DNA of 62,861 nucleotides from a virus. The notes under the pieces were generated by a model, which saw nothing but the letters and a program-made list of their open reading frames with translations, ran no database searches and had not been told where the DNA came from. Where the stretch lies: positions 1 through 62,861 of IMG/VR virus record IMGVR_UViG_3300034069_000992. The stretch is one strand, 5' to 3'. Within the stretch, counting starts at the first letter, position 1. The number at the start of each line of letters is the position of its first letter. A program made the position numbers and the translations under genes. Positions 34,810 through 44,500 of this stretch are shown here, piece after piece.

Positions 34810-35898
34810 TCAGATGATGGAGTTGACCGTGAAGCTGCGCGTGTATCGCGGGCTGGTCGCGTTGACGATGCGGCCGCCGGTGAGTTCACCGTACAGGATG
34901 CGATCGTGCAGGAAGCCGCCGGCCTTGGTGTTGGGAATGACCAGCACGGGCTCGCCTTCGTAGCGCCACAGATCGCCGTAGATCGTTTCGTATTGCGCTT
35001 CGGTTAGCATTTGCAACTCGAAGTCGACCTTGCGCATCGGCAAGCCCTTCACCCTGTCTACGATGCCGCTGCGCTTGCGATCGCTGGTGGTGAGCGGAGC
35101 CGGTGATTCGGTCTTTTCGACGGCATGGTTCTTCGACACCCGGTTGAGCCCGATGATTAGCGAACCGATCTGGAGGATGTTGCCGGTGCATGCAGGCGCG
35201 CTGATGACGATACGCACCCAATTGGAGTTCCGCACCACCGGCAAGCGCGCGAGGGTGTGATACCCGGGGCGGCCGGGCAGGTTGAGGCTGGCACGCGCCG
35301 GCGTCGCGAAGGTGAAGTCGCCACCTGAGTCCGACAGCGCTTGCGTCGAGCCGCCGGTGACGGTGACGGTGACGCCTTCCGGGATGTTGTGGTTGAGCAG
35401 TGCCACCGTGTCGAACGGCTGTCCCGCCATGCGAAGATAGATCGCATAGTCACCGTTGGAATTGGGCGTTCCGCGCCATGCGACGGGGGCATCGCGGAAG
35501 AGGTTGCTGACCGGGAAGCCAGCGACGTCGCCGGTGGTGATGATCTGCGCGGCGGTAAGCGGCGTCACCAGCGCGGCCGGCTCTATCATCACGGCCGCCG
35601 GCGCCACCGCCTGCGCGAGACCATCGGCGGTGCGGAAGATTTCGGTGTTGCCCCAATCGTCGACAACGCCAGCCGACGACCGATTGCGGGTTCGCACCCA
35701 ATATGTCGTGCGCTGATTGAGCCCGCCGAACTGGATGTTGCTCGCGCGCGCCGCCGAAAAGATCGGGCACACACAGAACTGGAAATCCGGCCGCGTGGAA
35801 ACCTGCACGTCGATCGTGCCGTTCGCCCCGGTGTCCGACATATTAAGCTGAGCGCTGGTGGTGGTGACGGCGCTGACGCTGGAGATCGTCGTCGTCAT
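34810..35898 (-). CDS. Tail/baseplate-associated structural protein
   Basis: 362 aa; FN3-like N-terminus (VQVSTRPDF...TYWVRTRN); position after the large fibre protein. Confidence 0.5.
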   Translation of the reverse strand: MTTTISSVSAVTTTSAQLNMSDTGANGTIDVQVSTRPDFQFCVCPIFSAARASNIQFGGLNQRTTYWVRTRNRSSAGVVDDWGNTEIFRTADGLAQAVAPAAVMIEPAALVTPLTAAQIITTGDVAGFPVSNLFRDAPVAWRGTPNSNGDYAIYLRMAGQPFDTVALLNHNIPEGVTVTVTGGSTQALSDSGGDFTFATPARASLNLPGRPGYHTLARLPVVRNSNWVRIVISAPACTGNILQIGSLIIGLNRVSKNHAVEKTESPAPLTTSDRKRSGIVDRVKGLPMRKVDFELQMLTEAQYETIYGDLWRYEGEPVLVIPNTKAGGFLHDRILYGELTGGRIVNATSPRYTRSFTVNSII

Positions 35899-36287
35899 TT
35901 AAGCACCTCTACGCTGAAGCGATCCGTACCCATATCATAGGCGTAGGCGCGGGTGCGAAGCGGCTCATCCTGATTGTGGCTGGCATCAACCACGCGAAAG
36001 CGAGGGACAGCCGGGGTGATCGAAATCGAGCCGCCGATATCGAGCGCCTCTTCTACCTCGATGCCCAGGTGCGAGGGGTTGGTCTGCGCGAGGTACGAGA
36101 ACCGTTCGTCGAGCACGGTCTGTCCGTCCGACGCATTGTCGTAGAACATCTCGATCTCAGTGGCCGCGCCGGTGCGTGCATCGATGAACGCGCCCGCGAT
36201 GCCCGCCGACACGGACGGATCGGTCGGCGAGGTGATGACCACCCCGTCGACCGTGAACTGTGCAATGTCGGCTGGCGTCGCGGGCAT
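35895..36287 (-). CDS. Hypothetical tail-module protein
   Basis: 130-aa ORF, ATGA coupling. Confidence 0.5.
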   Translation of the reverse strand: MPATPADIAQFTVDGVVITSPTDPSVSAGIAGAFIDARTGAATEIEMFYDNASDGQTVLDERFSYLAQTNPSHLGIEVEEALDIGGSISITPAVPRFRVVDASHNQDEPLRTRAYAYDMGTDRFSVEVLK

Positions 36288-36290
36288 CTC

Positions 36291-36698
36291 TTATTCCTGC
36301 GTCGGCGCGGCGGGCTCTTCCACCGGCGTCACCACTGGCTCTTCGATCAGCATGCCCGGCGCGGGATCGGGCTCGGCCGGTGCCGTCTTGATCTCGCCCA
36401 TGTCCTTCCGGAGATTGGCGATGATCGCGGCACCGCGGCCGTTCTCCTGGAGGCCATGAAAGCCGTTGACGTTTGCGAAGCCGATGAGACCGGTCGCGAG
36501 ATCCTTGGCGGCATCCGACATCTTCTCGCGGTTCGCGTAGATGAACTCGCCGACGCTGACGATCTGGTCGACCGGGCTTGGGCTGTCGCACAGCTTCTCA
36601 AACCGCTCGCGGAAATTATCCGGGATATCGGCGTCGTTCTGGATCTGGAATTTTGTGATCGCACGACGGGCTGTCGTGAAGTCCTCGAAGGTCTGCAT
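36291..36698 (-). CDS. Hypothetical tail-module protein
   Basis: 135-aa ORF. Confidence 0.5.
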   Translation of the reverse strand: MQTFEDFTTARRAITKFQIQNDADIPDNFRERFEKLCDSPSPVDQIVSVGEFIYANREKMSDAAKDLATGLIGFANVNGFHGLQENGRGAAIIANLRKDMGEIKTAPAEPDPAPGMLIEEPVVTPVEEPAAPTQE

Positions 36699-36765
36699 GG
36701 TCTTTCTCCTGCGGTTCGGTGGTCGACGGCATCGACATAGCGCCTGATGCCGCCGAGGGGCAATG

Positions 36766-39700
36766 TCAGCGACGCTTTTCCTCTACCGCCAAAATACCCG
36801 ACGAGATCGTGAACCCGTTGCTTCCCTTGCCGGTCTGCGACGTAAAGCGGATCTGGAAGTTCCACGTTCCGGCCGGCGGCGTAACGTACCAGACGATCAC
36901 GTTGGGCGGGCCACCTTGTGTCACGGCCATATTGTATTGCCGGCTTACGCTCTGTGCGTTCCCGGAGCCGTCGACCACATACAACTGCACCAAGCATAGG
37001 TTGGTACCTTGTCCGGTGCGATAGCTGTCGAAGACAGCCTCCACGCGCACTCGCGCGCCGATCGTCCCGACCTGCACGTTTGATGAGGTGAAGCCCGGGT
37101 TGCCATCGGTATCGACCGATCCGTTGAAGCTGCCGCTATTGAAGTTCGATACGGCAGTGCCAGCGATATCTCCGGTATCAACGCCGCTCTTGGTGGCAAG
37201 CGTTCCCTGCCCGGTGACAGCGGAAGCCACGCCGAGCGACGTGATCGCCAGAGCCTCGGTGACGATGCTCTGGCCGTCCTGCCGCGTGATGCTGTAGTTG
37301 AGGCTGAAGGCGCTGAACTGGAAGAACTGTGCCACCGTCGATTGCGTGATCGTGCCGGCGGTTGCGAACTTCCCCTGCCCCGCGATCGCCGCCGCCGTGC
37401 GAGTTTCCGTCACGTTGGACCCTGCCTCGCCGGGGCGAAGATTGTTCATATACGTGCCGTCGTCGTAGGTCGCGCCGGTCGTGGCTTCGTCGCTAAACCT
37501 TGTACGCGCACCTGTCTGTGCGACTTTCAGCCTGCGCGCGGCCGCATTATTATTTGTGGTGTTGGCGTCTAAGTAAACACGAACACGAGCACGCGTAGTG
37601 TTTGCAGGCGAAACGAACCCCTGCCCGTACTGTGTCCAGCCAGTTCCATTGACCGGCGTGAGACGTGCAAGAGTACTTATCGGGGTATTGCCGTTCCAGA
37701 ACTCAATATCGCAACCCATTGCGCCAGCCGTAATGCCGCCAGCAAAGAGTTCGGCTTGAAGGTAGCCGCCGACGTTCGGAGCCCACGAAAAGAAATCACT
37801 TACTGTCGTTGTCGGCGATGAAGAGCTTTGCCCCGTTCCGATAAGCGGACCATCGCCAGCCCCACCGCCCGACCAAAACCATTTAGGATCAATGATCCAG
37901 CGCGCGGCCCGTAGCGTTAGCGCTCCATCATAAAGAACATTTGCGGTATCATCTGTTAGCCTTGAAACCGGGACAGATGTTGTGGCGAAGGGGCTCTGTC
38001 CGCTGATCGCTGAAGCGACGCGGCTTTCGGTAACATTCGACCCAGCCTCCTGCGGCTTGAGCGATTGCACCGACTGATAGTAGCCGAGTGACTGGCTTCC
38101 ATACTGGATCGCGCTTGCACTGAAGTAGTTGCCATCGCCATTGTCGAGCGGGGCGAAGCGCCCGGTCGCCTGGAAGAGCGAGGTGTTCGTCAAGTTGGCT
38201 TGGCTGATCGTCGCAAACGATCCCTGCCCCGCGATGCCCGCAGCAGTGCGTCCTTCCGTGACGTTCGCACCCGCCTCGCCCGGCCGCAGATTATTCATGT
38301 AGGTGCCGTCGTCGTAGGCGGCACCGACCGTCGCCTCATCGCTGAACTTGGTGAACACGCTTGCCTGTGACACCTTGACGCGGCGCACGGCCGAGTTCGT
38401 GTTGGTGGTGTTGGCGTTGTGATAAACGCGCACCCGCAGCTTCACAGTGTTTGCCGGGGCTGTGAAGGGTGCACCATATTGTGCCCAGCCCACACCGTTA
38501 GGCGTCACTAGCGTACCGCCATAGGTTCCGAGCGATGCATTTGCAGTCCAGAATTCTACGTCCGCAGCCATGCCGCCGGCGGTAACGCCGCCAGTGAACA
38601 TCTCGGCCTGGAGATAGCCGGTGACACCAGGGGACCAAGTGATGAAGTCGCTGTAATTGGCTGTCGCAGCGCTGCTGCTGGTGCCCTTCTGTATAAACGG
38701 ACCATCGCCGCCGCCGCCCGGGCTCCACCCCCAACCAGCGCCAATTACCCAACGCGCGGCTTTCAACGACAGCCCGCCGTCATAGACAAGGTTGGCGCTG
38801 TCATCTGTCAAACGCGCTGTTGGCAATGGGCTGGTGGCAAAGGCGCCCTGATTAGCAATCGCAGATGCCGTGCCCTGGATCGTCTTATAGTTTGCGTTGG
38901 TCGCTGGCACGCCCGCGGACTCGAGCATGTACGGGCCACCAAATGTCAGGCTCGCCAAGCTGCTGAGCGAGCCGAAGCCCGTGAGATATTGAGACCCGTT
39001 GGCGAGGCTGCTGAGCGTCGCGAGCGAACCTTGTCCCGCGATGCCGGCGGCGGTTCGGCCCTCTGTCCGGTTGGAGTTCACTTCCCCCGGCTTCAGCGCG
39101 TTCATATACGTGCCGTCGTCGTAGGCGGCACCGACAGTTGCTTCGTCCGTGAATTTCGTGCGCAGGTTGGAGTTGCTCACCTTGATCCGGCGGATCGCGC
39201 TGTTGGTATTGGCCGCATCGCTGGAGTGATAGAAGCGCACGCGAGCGCGGGTGGTGTTGGCCGGCGAGGTGAACGTCGAACCATATTCAGCCCAGCCGAC
39301 ACCATTGACAGCGGTTACGATTGCACCTCCGTTGCCGGAGATCTGCGTCGAGCCGTTCCAGAACTCCATGTCACAGCCAAACGTACCCGCCGTCATGCCG
39401 CCGGCGAACATTTCAGTTTGCAGATAACCGGGAACGCCCGCCGTCCAGGTAAAAAAATCGGTGTACGTGACGCTTAAACCGCCGGTGGCTCGCCCGATAT
39501 ACGGACCATCACCGCCCCCACCGATCGTCCAGTTCCAGCCTGCGCCAAACGTGTACCGCGCGCCCTGAAGAGTCATGCCACCGTCGTAGACGAGGTTTGC
39601 GCTTTCGTTGACGAGGCGGCCGGTGGGGATCGTCGTCGTCGCCCAGGGTGATTGCCCGGTGATGCCCGACGAGATCCCGAGCAGCGTCTTGAAATTGTTG

Positions 39701-41556
39701 AGCGTGGCCTGCGCGCCGCCACTCGCTTCGAGCAGGAAGTTACTGCCGAAGTTGAGCGCGCTGAGTGGCGACAGCGCACCGAAGCCGGTGAGCAGGTTGC
39801 TGCCGTAGGCCGCGCTGCTGAGCGTGGCGAACGCGCCCTGGCTGGTGATGGCGGACGCGATGCCCTGGATCGTTTTGAAGTTGGGCAGCGTAGCGATCGC
39901 GCCGCCGTTCGACTCCGTGAACAGACTGTTGCCGAAGAACAGGGAGCCGAGCAGGCCAAGCGCACCACCGCCCAAACCGCCGAACGTAACCTGTCCGCCG
40001 CCGCCACCTTGGAACGTGCCGTTCGCCAGAACTTTCAGAAACGAATTGAAGATGTCGCTGTCGGCCGCGGTCGCGCCCCGGCCCTGATTGGTGATCGCCG
40101 CCGCCGTGTTGTTGGCGGTCGGATCTGCGCCCACCTGGCGCGGCTGCAATGCCTGGATCGGCGTGCCATCCTGATAGGTGAAGTCGCTCGCCGTCTTGGG
40201 CGGCTGGCGGCGGAACCACCATGCGTCCTGCACATAGCCGTTCGCATCCGGTGCAGCGGTCGACGGCGGGGCGTGGCCCGATGCCGGCGTAGCGTTCTGA
40301 TAAAGCCACTGCGATCCGTCGGACAGCCACACAAGGTTGCCAGCGCGATAGACCGTCGTGTTGTTGAAGACGCCCTGGTCTACCAGCGTATCGACATAAT
40401 TGACCTGATCGTCGGTGAGCACGGATGCGGGGCGGCCGGCGCGCGCTTTCAGCAGATAGTAGGGCGGCTCATTGTCGTACCATGCCCAATTGAGCACGCG
40501 CGGCTCGATCGAACCGGACCGGTCGAGCGTGCCGACGATCGCGCCACCGACCGCGCGCGTCACTGTCACCATGTTCTGAAAACTGACAAGTGGTGTGGCG
40601 TTGCACGACTGCGCCAGCGCCTCGAGCAGATCCTTCACATTGCGATCGGTGTCCGTCCAGTAGTGGACTGGCAACGGCACCAGCGTATCCAACGCGTCGA
40701 AGGCGGCGCTGTCGACGCGCGCTGCTGGCACCTTGGCGTGCGTGAGCAGCAGGCGCTTCATGATCGCGCCGATGCGGTTCGATCCGAAGGTAGCGTGCAC
40801 GGTGATGATGCCGCTTGGCGGCGCGCCGAGGCCCACCAAACCCTGCGCCACGCACGTTCCCCACTGCCCGGGCTTGATCGTCTTGTTGTCGATCGCCGCC
40901 GCCAGCGCGTCATAGGTCGCGTAATCGGCGACGGCGGGACCGAAGCTGGATAGTCCTTCGCCCAGCCAGTCGATGCTCACCGTATTGTTGTAGCCGTCGA
41001 TCATGCCGATGTTGCGAGTGGTGTCGAACCACACCGGCTGCATGTTCTTGCACCGGCCGAACCCCGCCGGGAACAACGTGCCGCGCTTCGCCGGCTCACC
41101 CGCCAGCCCGCCGCCGCCGGTAAAGCTGCCGGTGAGCATGGGCTTGTCGATCAGCGCGGTTGATACGCTCGCCGTGACGGAGAGGTGCCCGGTGTCCAGG
41201 TCGAGCGTCGCCGACGTCACGTAGCCCCAGAAATCCGGAACGGCGCTGGCACCCTCAAGTGCGCCGGTGTTGTGGATGACGACAGACGCGCCCTTCCAAT
41301 ACATCCAGATGGCGCGCGGCATCGTCATAAGCTGCCCGAGCGCGATGTCGAACGTGGCGGTGCCCGCCTGCACCTTGCCGTCCATGTCCGGCGACATCAG
41401 TTCGATCGACAGCTTGGGGCGGGTCAGAATTGCCGGCTCCCATACGGTGCCGGCGGTCCCGAACACGTCCGCGTTGCCACCATCGGCAACGCGGACATCT
41501 ATCCTTTGGCCGGAACGCTGATCGAAGGGCTGGAGGTAGATCAGTACCGGCTTCAT
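36766..41556 (-). CDS. Giant tail tip / host-specificity fibre protein with three tandem ~275-aa modules
   Basis: 1596 aa, immediately after the tape measure gene; internal triplication (see repeat feature). Confidence 0.7.
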   Translation of the reverse strand: MKPVLIYLQPFDQRSGQRIDVRVADGGNADVFGTAGTVWEPAILTRPKLSIELMSPDMDGKVQAGTATFDIALGQLMTMPRAIWMYWKGASVVIHNTGALEGASAVPDFWGYVTSATLDLDTGHLSVTASVSTALIDKPMLTGSFTGGGGLAGEPAKRGTLFPAGFGRCKNMQPVWFDTTRNIGMIDGYNNTVSIDWLGEGLSSFGPAVADYATYDALAAAIDNKTIKPGQWGTCVAQGLVGLGAPPSGIITVHATFGSNRIGAIMKRLLLTHAKVPAARVDSAAFDALDTLVPLPVHYWTDTDRNVKDLLEALAQSCNATPLVSFQNMVTVTRAVGGAIVGTLDRSGSIEPRVLNWAWYDNEPPYYLLKARAGRPASVLTDDQVNYVDTLVDQGVFNNTTVYRAGNLVWLSDGSQWLYQNATPASGHAPPSTAAPDANGYVQDAWWFRRQPPKTASDFTYQDGTPIQALQPRQVGADPTANNTAAAITNQGRGATAADSDIFNSFLKVLANGTFQGGGGGQVTFGGLGGGALGLLGSLFFGNSLFTESNGGAIATLPNFKTIQGIASAITSQGAFATLSSAAYGSNLLTGFGALSPLSALNFGSNFLLEASGGAQATLNNFKTLLGISSGITGQSPWATTTIPTGRLVNESANLVYDGGMTLQGARYTFGAGWNWTIGGGGDGPYIGRATGGLSVTYTDFFTWTAGVPGYLQTEMFAGGMTAGTFGCDMEFWNGSTQISGNGGAIVTAVNGVGWAEYGSTFTSPANTTRARVRFYHSSDAANTNSAIRRIKVSNSNLRTKFTDEATVGAAYDDGTYMNALKPGEVNSNRTEGRTAAGIAGQGSLATLSSLANGSQYLTGFGSLSSLASLTFGGPYMLESAGVPATNANYKTIQGTASAIANQGAFATSPLPTARLTDDSANLVYDGGLSLKAARWVIGAGWGWSPGGGGDGPFIQKGTSSSAATANYSDFITWSPGVTGYLQAEMFTGGVTAGGMAADVEFWTANASLGTYGGTLVTPNGVGWAQYGAPFTAPANTVKLRVRVYHNANTTNTNSAVRRVKVSQASVFTKFSDEATVGAAYDDGTYMNNLRPGEAGANVTEGRTAAGIAGQGSFATISQANLTNTSLFQATGRFAPLDNGDGNYFSASAIQYGSQSLGYYQSVQSLKPQEAGSNVTESRVASAISGQSPFATTSVPVSRLTDDTANVLYDGALTLRAARWIIDPKWFWSGGGAGDGPLIGTGQSSSSPTTTVSDFFSWAPNVGGYLQAELFAGGITAGAMGCDIEFWNGNTPISTLARLTPVNGTGWTQYGQGFVSPANTTRARVRVYLDANTTNNNAAARRLKVAQTGARTRFSDEATTGATYDDGTYMNNLRPGEAGSNVTETRTAAAIAGQGKFATAGTITQSTVAQFFQFSAFSLNYSITRQDGQSIVTEALAITSLGVASAVTGQGTLATKSGVDTGDIAGTAVSNFNSGSFNGSVDTDGNPGFTSSNVQVGTIGARVRVEAVFDSYRTGQGTNLCLVQLYVVDGSGNAQSVSRQYNMAVTQGGPPNVIVWYVTPPAGTWNFQIRFTSQTGKGSNGFTISSGILAVEEKRR
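37400..39620 (-). repeat. Three tandem ~810-855-bp coding repeats inside the giant fibre gene
   Basis: Each module: ...ANLVYDGG.(T/S)L..AR...GAGW.W..GGGGDGP...YLQ.EMF.GG.TAG...(E/D)FW...GW.(E/Q)YG..F..PANT...RVR.Y...(T/A)NTN(S/N)A.RR.KV......F(T/S)DEAT.GA.YDDGTYMN.L.PGE. DNA echoes are near 37440, 38295 and 39105. Confidence 0.85.
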
Positions 41557-41564
41557 GGGATTTC

Positions 41565-44500
41565 CTACAACTGGTCGGCGTACATTGCCCTCTTAGACCC
41601 AGGCAGCAGCGAGAGCGAACTGCTAGTTCCGCTGCTCGATGCCGGCACCGTCGACCCCAGCGAGTTAATCGCCGCTGTCACCTGATCCAGCTTGCCCGAC
41701 AGCGTATCGGTCTGCGCCTTGGTCGCATCAGCAGACGCGTTTTGCAAAGACGAGATCGCCGCCTGCACCGTGCTGTCGTTGGCGAAGGGCGACGCCGGCA
41801 GCGTGCTGACGTCGGTGATGCCGGCGTTGTCGCGCGCCTTCTCCAGCAGCGAGCGCAGCATATCGAAGTCGTCGAAGAATGATGAGCTCGATCCGTTGAG
41901 CGCACGGCTCGCGTCCTGGAAGTTGCGCGCCGCCTCGAGCAACTTGTCCTGGTCGACCACCTTGCCGTTCGCGATGTCCGATTTGAACGAAGCGAGATCC
42001 GACGCCGCATTGTCGTACGTCGACTTCTTGTTGAGCGGAGACGAAGAGCCGCCGACCATATCCTTGATGAACTGGTCGATCTGATCGGCCGCTTGCGTGG
42101 TGGCTTGTTTGATCGCGTCCGCGCGCTCCAGATCGTACAGCTTTTGCGCATCGGCAAACTGCTCCGCCGTCGCGCCGCCTTCCTTCAAGTACGAGATCAT
42201 CTTCGAGAACTCGTCGTTGAGGTTCGACACGGCGTACTTCACCGGATCGGTAAGCTGGAGAAGCCGCTTCGGGATCGACTCGATCACGATCGCCTTGTTG
42301 ATCGCCTGCTCAAGATCCTGCCCCGACGCGATGATCTTCTTCGACGCGGCGCTGATACCGGAGATCACCGCGTTCTGGATCGAGTAACGCACGGCGTATG
42401 CGATGGCGTCAGCCTCACCATCCTTGCCGAAGTCCTGAAGCTGCGACGAATTGAAGTTGTTGTAGTTGAGCGACTTGCTTGTGCTTGTCGTGGCGACGCG
42501 CGCCTTTCCATCGAACGTGCCGATCGTGACGCCCGGAAGGTTGGAGATCGTGGCGCCAAGCTGCGATGCGATCTGGTTGATGCCGTCCGCCACCGACTTT
42601 GCGCTGCCGGTCGCGGCCGTTGCTGCCGCGCTACTGTTGCCCGTGCCCGTGCCGCCAACCGCCTGCCCGTACTGATCGAGCGAGACGCTGGCGCTGCCAT
42701 ACTTGGGCTTGCTGAACAGGGCTCCAATCGTGCCGCCCAGCAATCCTCCAATCAGGCCCAGCCCGGGGATGCCAGTTGCCTGGCCGAGAAGACCACCAGC
42801 CGCGCCACCGATCTGCGCACCCGTCTGCGATTGCTTGATACCGAGTGCTTGCGCGAAGCCAGAGGCGATCGCACCCTTGCCCGCGCCGTCGAGCGCCGTG
42901 CCGAAGCTGTCGCCGATCTTCTTGAAAAAGGTGGATCCGCCCAGGATCGTTCCGTCTTCCGACCGCGTCGTCTTCTTGCCCGTGATCTTATTCACGAAGC
43001 CGTCGAGCACACTCGCCACCGGCTTGAACAGGCTGCTGCCGATCGTGTTGTAGACCTGCTTGGCGGACGGCGTGACAGACGTTGGCAGCGGTACCGCCGG
43101 CTGCGGCTTGCGCCCCTGCACCACGACATCGCCAGCGTCGTCGGTAGACGTGCCGCCGAGCCCCAGCGCCTTGTTGACCAAGCCGCTGATCGTGTCGGTG
43201 GAGATCTTGCCCGGCCCGACGCCCAGAGCATCCGCGAGCGCCGAAGAGCCGATGCTGCCACCCGACAGGGATCCGCCGGTGCCGAGCGCGCCGGTGATGC
43301 GCGCCGCGCCGTTCTCCACCGCCGTAGCGAACTTATCTACCGCCGTTTCCGAGCGGCTGGCTGTGGAGGTGAGGTTGTCGACGGACGTGCCAAAGTTGCC
43401 GATCGCGGTGTCGACCGCCGACCGCCCCTCGAGCAGCGCGCGCAACTTCTCATCGCTGCCGGCGAAGATCTTTTCGACTAGCTGCTTCGACTGGATCTGC
43501 GCGAACTGGTTTCGGAAGCTGGCGAACGCACTCTTGAAAATGTTGCCGACATTGCCGCCGGTCTGGAGCCCGGTGAAGATCGACTCCGCCGTGCTGCGCG
43601 CATCGTCCAGTGCGCCGGTGATCGACGAGACAACCCGCTGCCGCGACGCCAGCGCATCATTGATGCGAAGCTGCTGCTGCTCATTGCGGATCAAGCCCTG
43701 ATATTCGCTCGCACTGAGCGTGATGCCCTGATCGAATAGCTGATTGCGCTTCTGAAGGGCGGCCGCCTCGCTGTCGCGGCCCTGGAGTGCCAGGCGCGCA
43801 TAGTCTTCGTTGCGCTGGTAGTCGCGCTCCAGATCCCGAAGCGGCTTGCGCACCCCTTCGTTGATGCGCTTGGCGTCCGCATCCGCGATCTCGGCGGTAT
43901 AGATGCCCGTGCCGAGCGGGTTGATCTTCTTGATCGCCTCGATTTCGTCTTTCGTCTTGCCGATGAAGGCCACGCCATCCACCGCCGTATCCACGAAGCG
44001 CGAGAGATCGTCGATCTTGTCGTTGGCCGAGTCGAGTGCGCGCGGCGCATCATCATAGGCGGCAAGGATATCGCGCCGCTTCTCGCCAGCCGATGCGGCG
44101 GCGGCCGCAACTCGCTTGGCATCTGCGATCATCTGAGACGCCGCGCTCGACGATGCGGCCTTGCTCTCGTCGAGCCGGTTCACTTCGTCGTCGTAAGTCT
44201 TCAGGATCTTGATGCGCTGATCGAGGAATTCCTGGCTGTTGGGATTGAGCCCTTGCTTGCTTAGCGCGAGCAAATCCTTGTCGCGCTTGGCCGCCGCTTC
44301 ATCCTTGGCATCCTGGATCGCGTCGCGGACTTCCTTCCGCTCCTGCGCCCGCCCTGCCGACGCGGCCTTCCGCGCATCCGCCTGCGCCTGCTGTGCAGCG
44401 GTGACGGCCTCTAGCGCCGCCTGCAACTTGTTCTGATAGGTGATGTCATCGTCACCAGCCGGACGATTAAGCTGCAACTGCTTCAGAGCAGCCTTCGCCT

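Noticed and set aside
36347-36997. Numerous long alternative-frame ORFs across the structural genes (for example 36347..36997, 39652..40953, 42093..43481, 55801..57024)
   Set aside because: All overlap longer, motif-supported genes in another frame or strand. They have the Arg/Ala/Pro-rich bias expected from high GC content.
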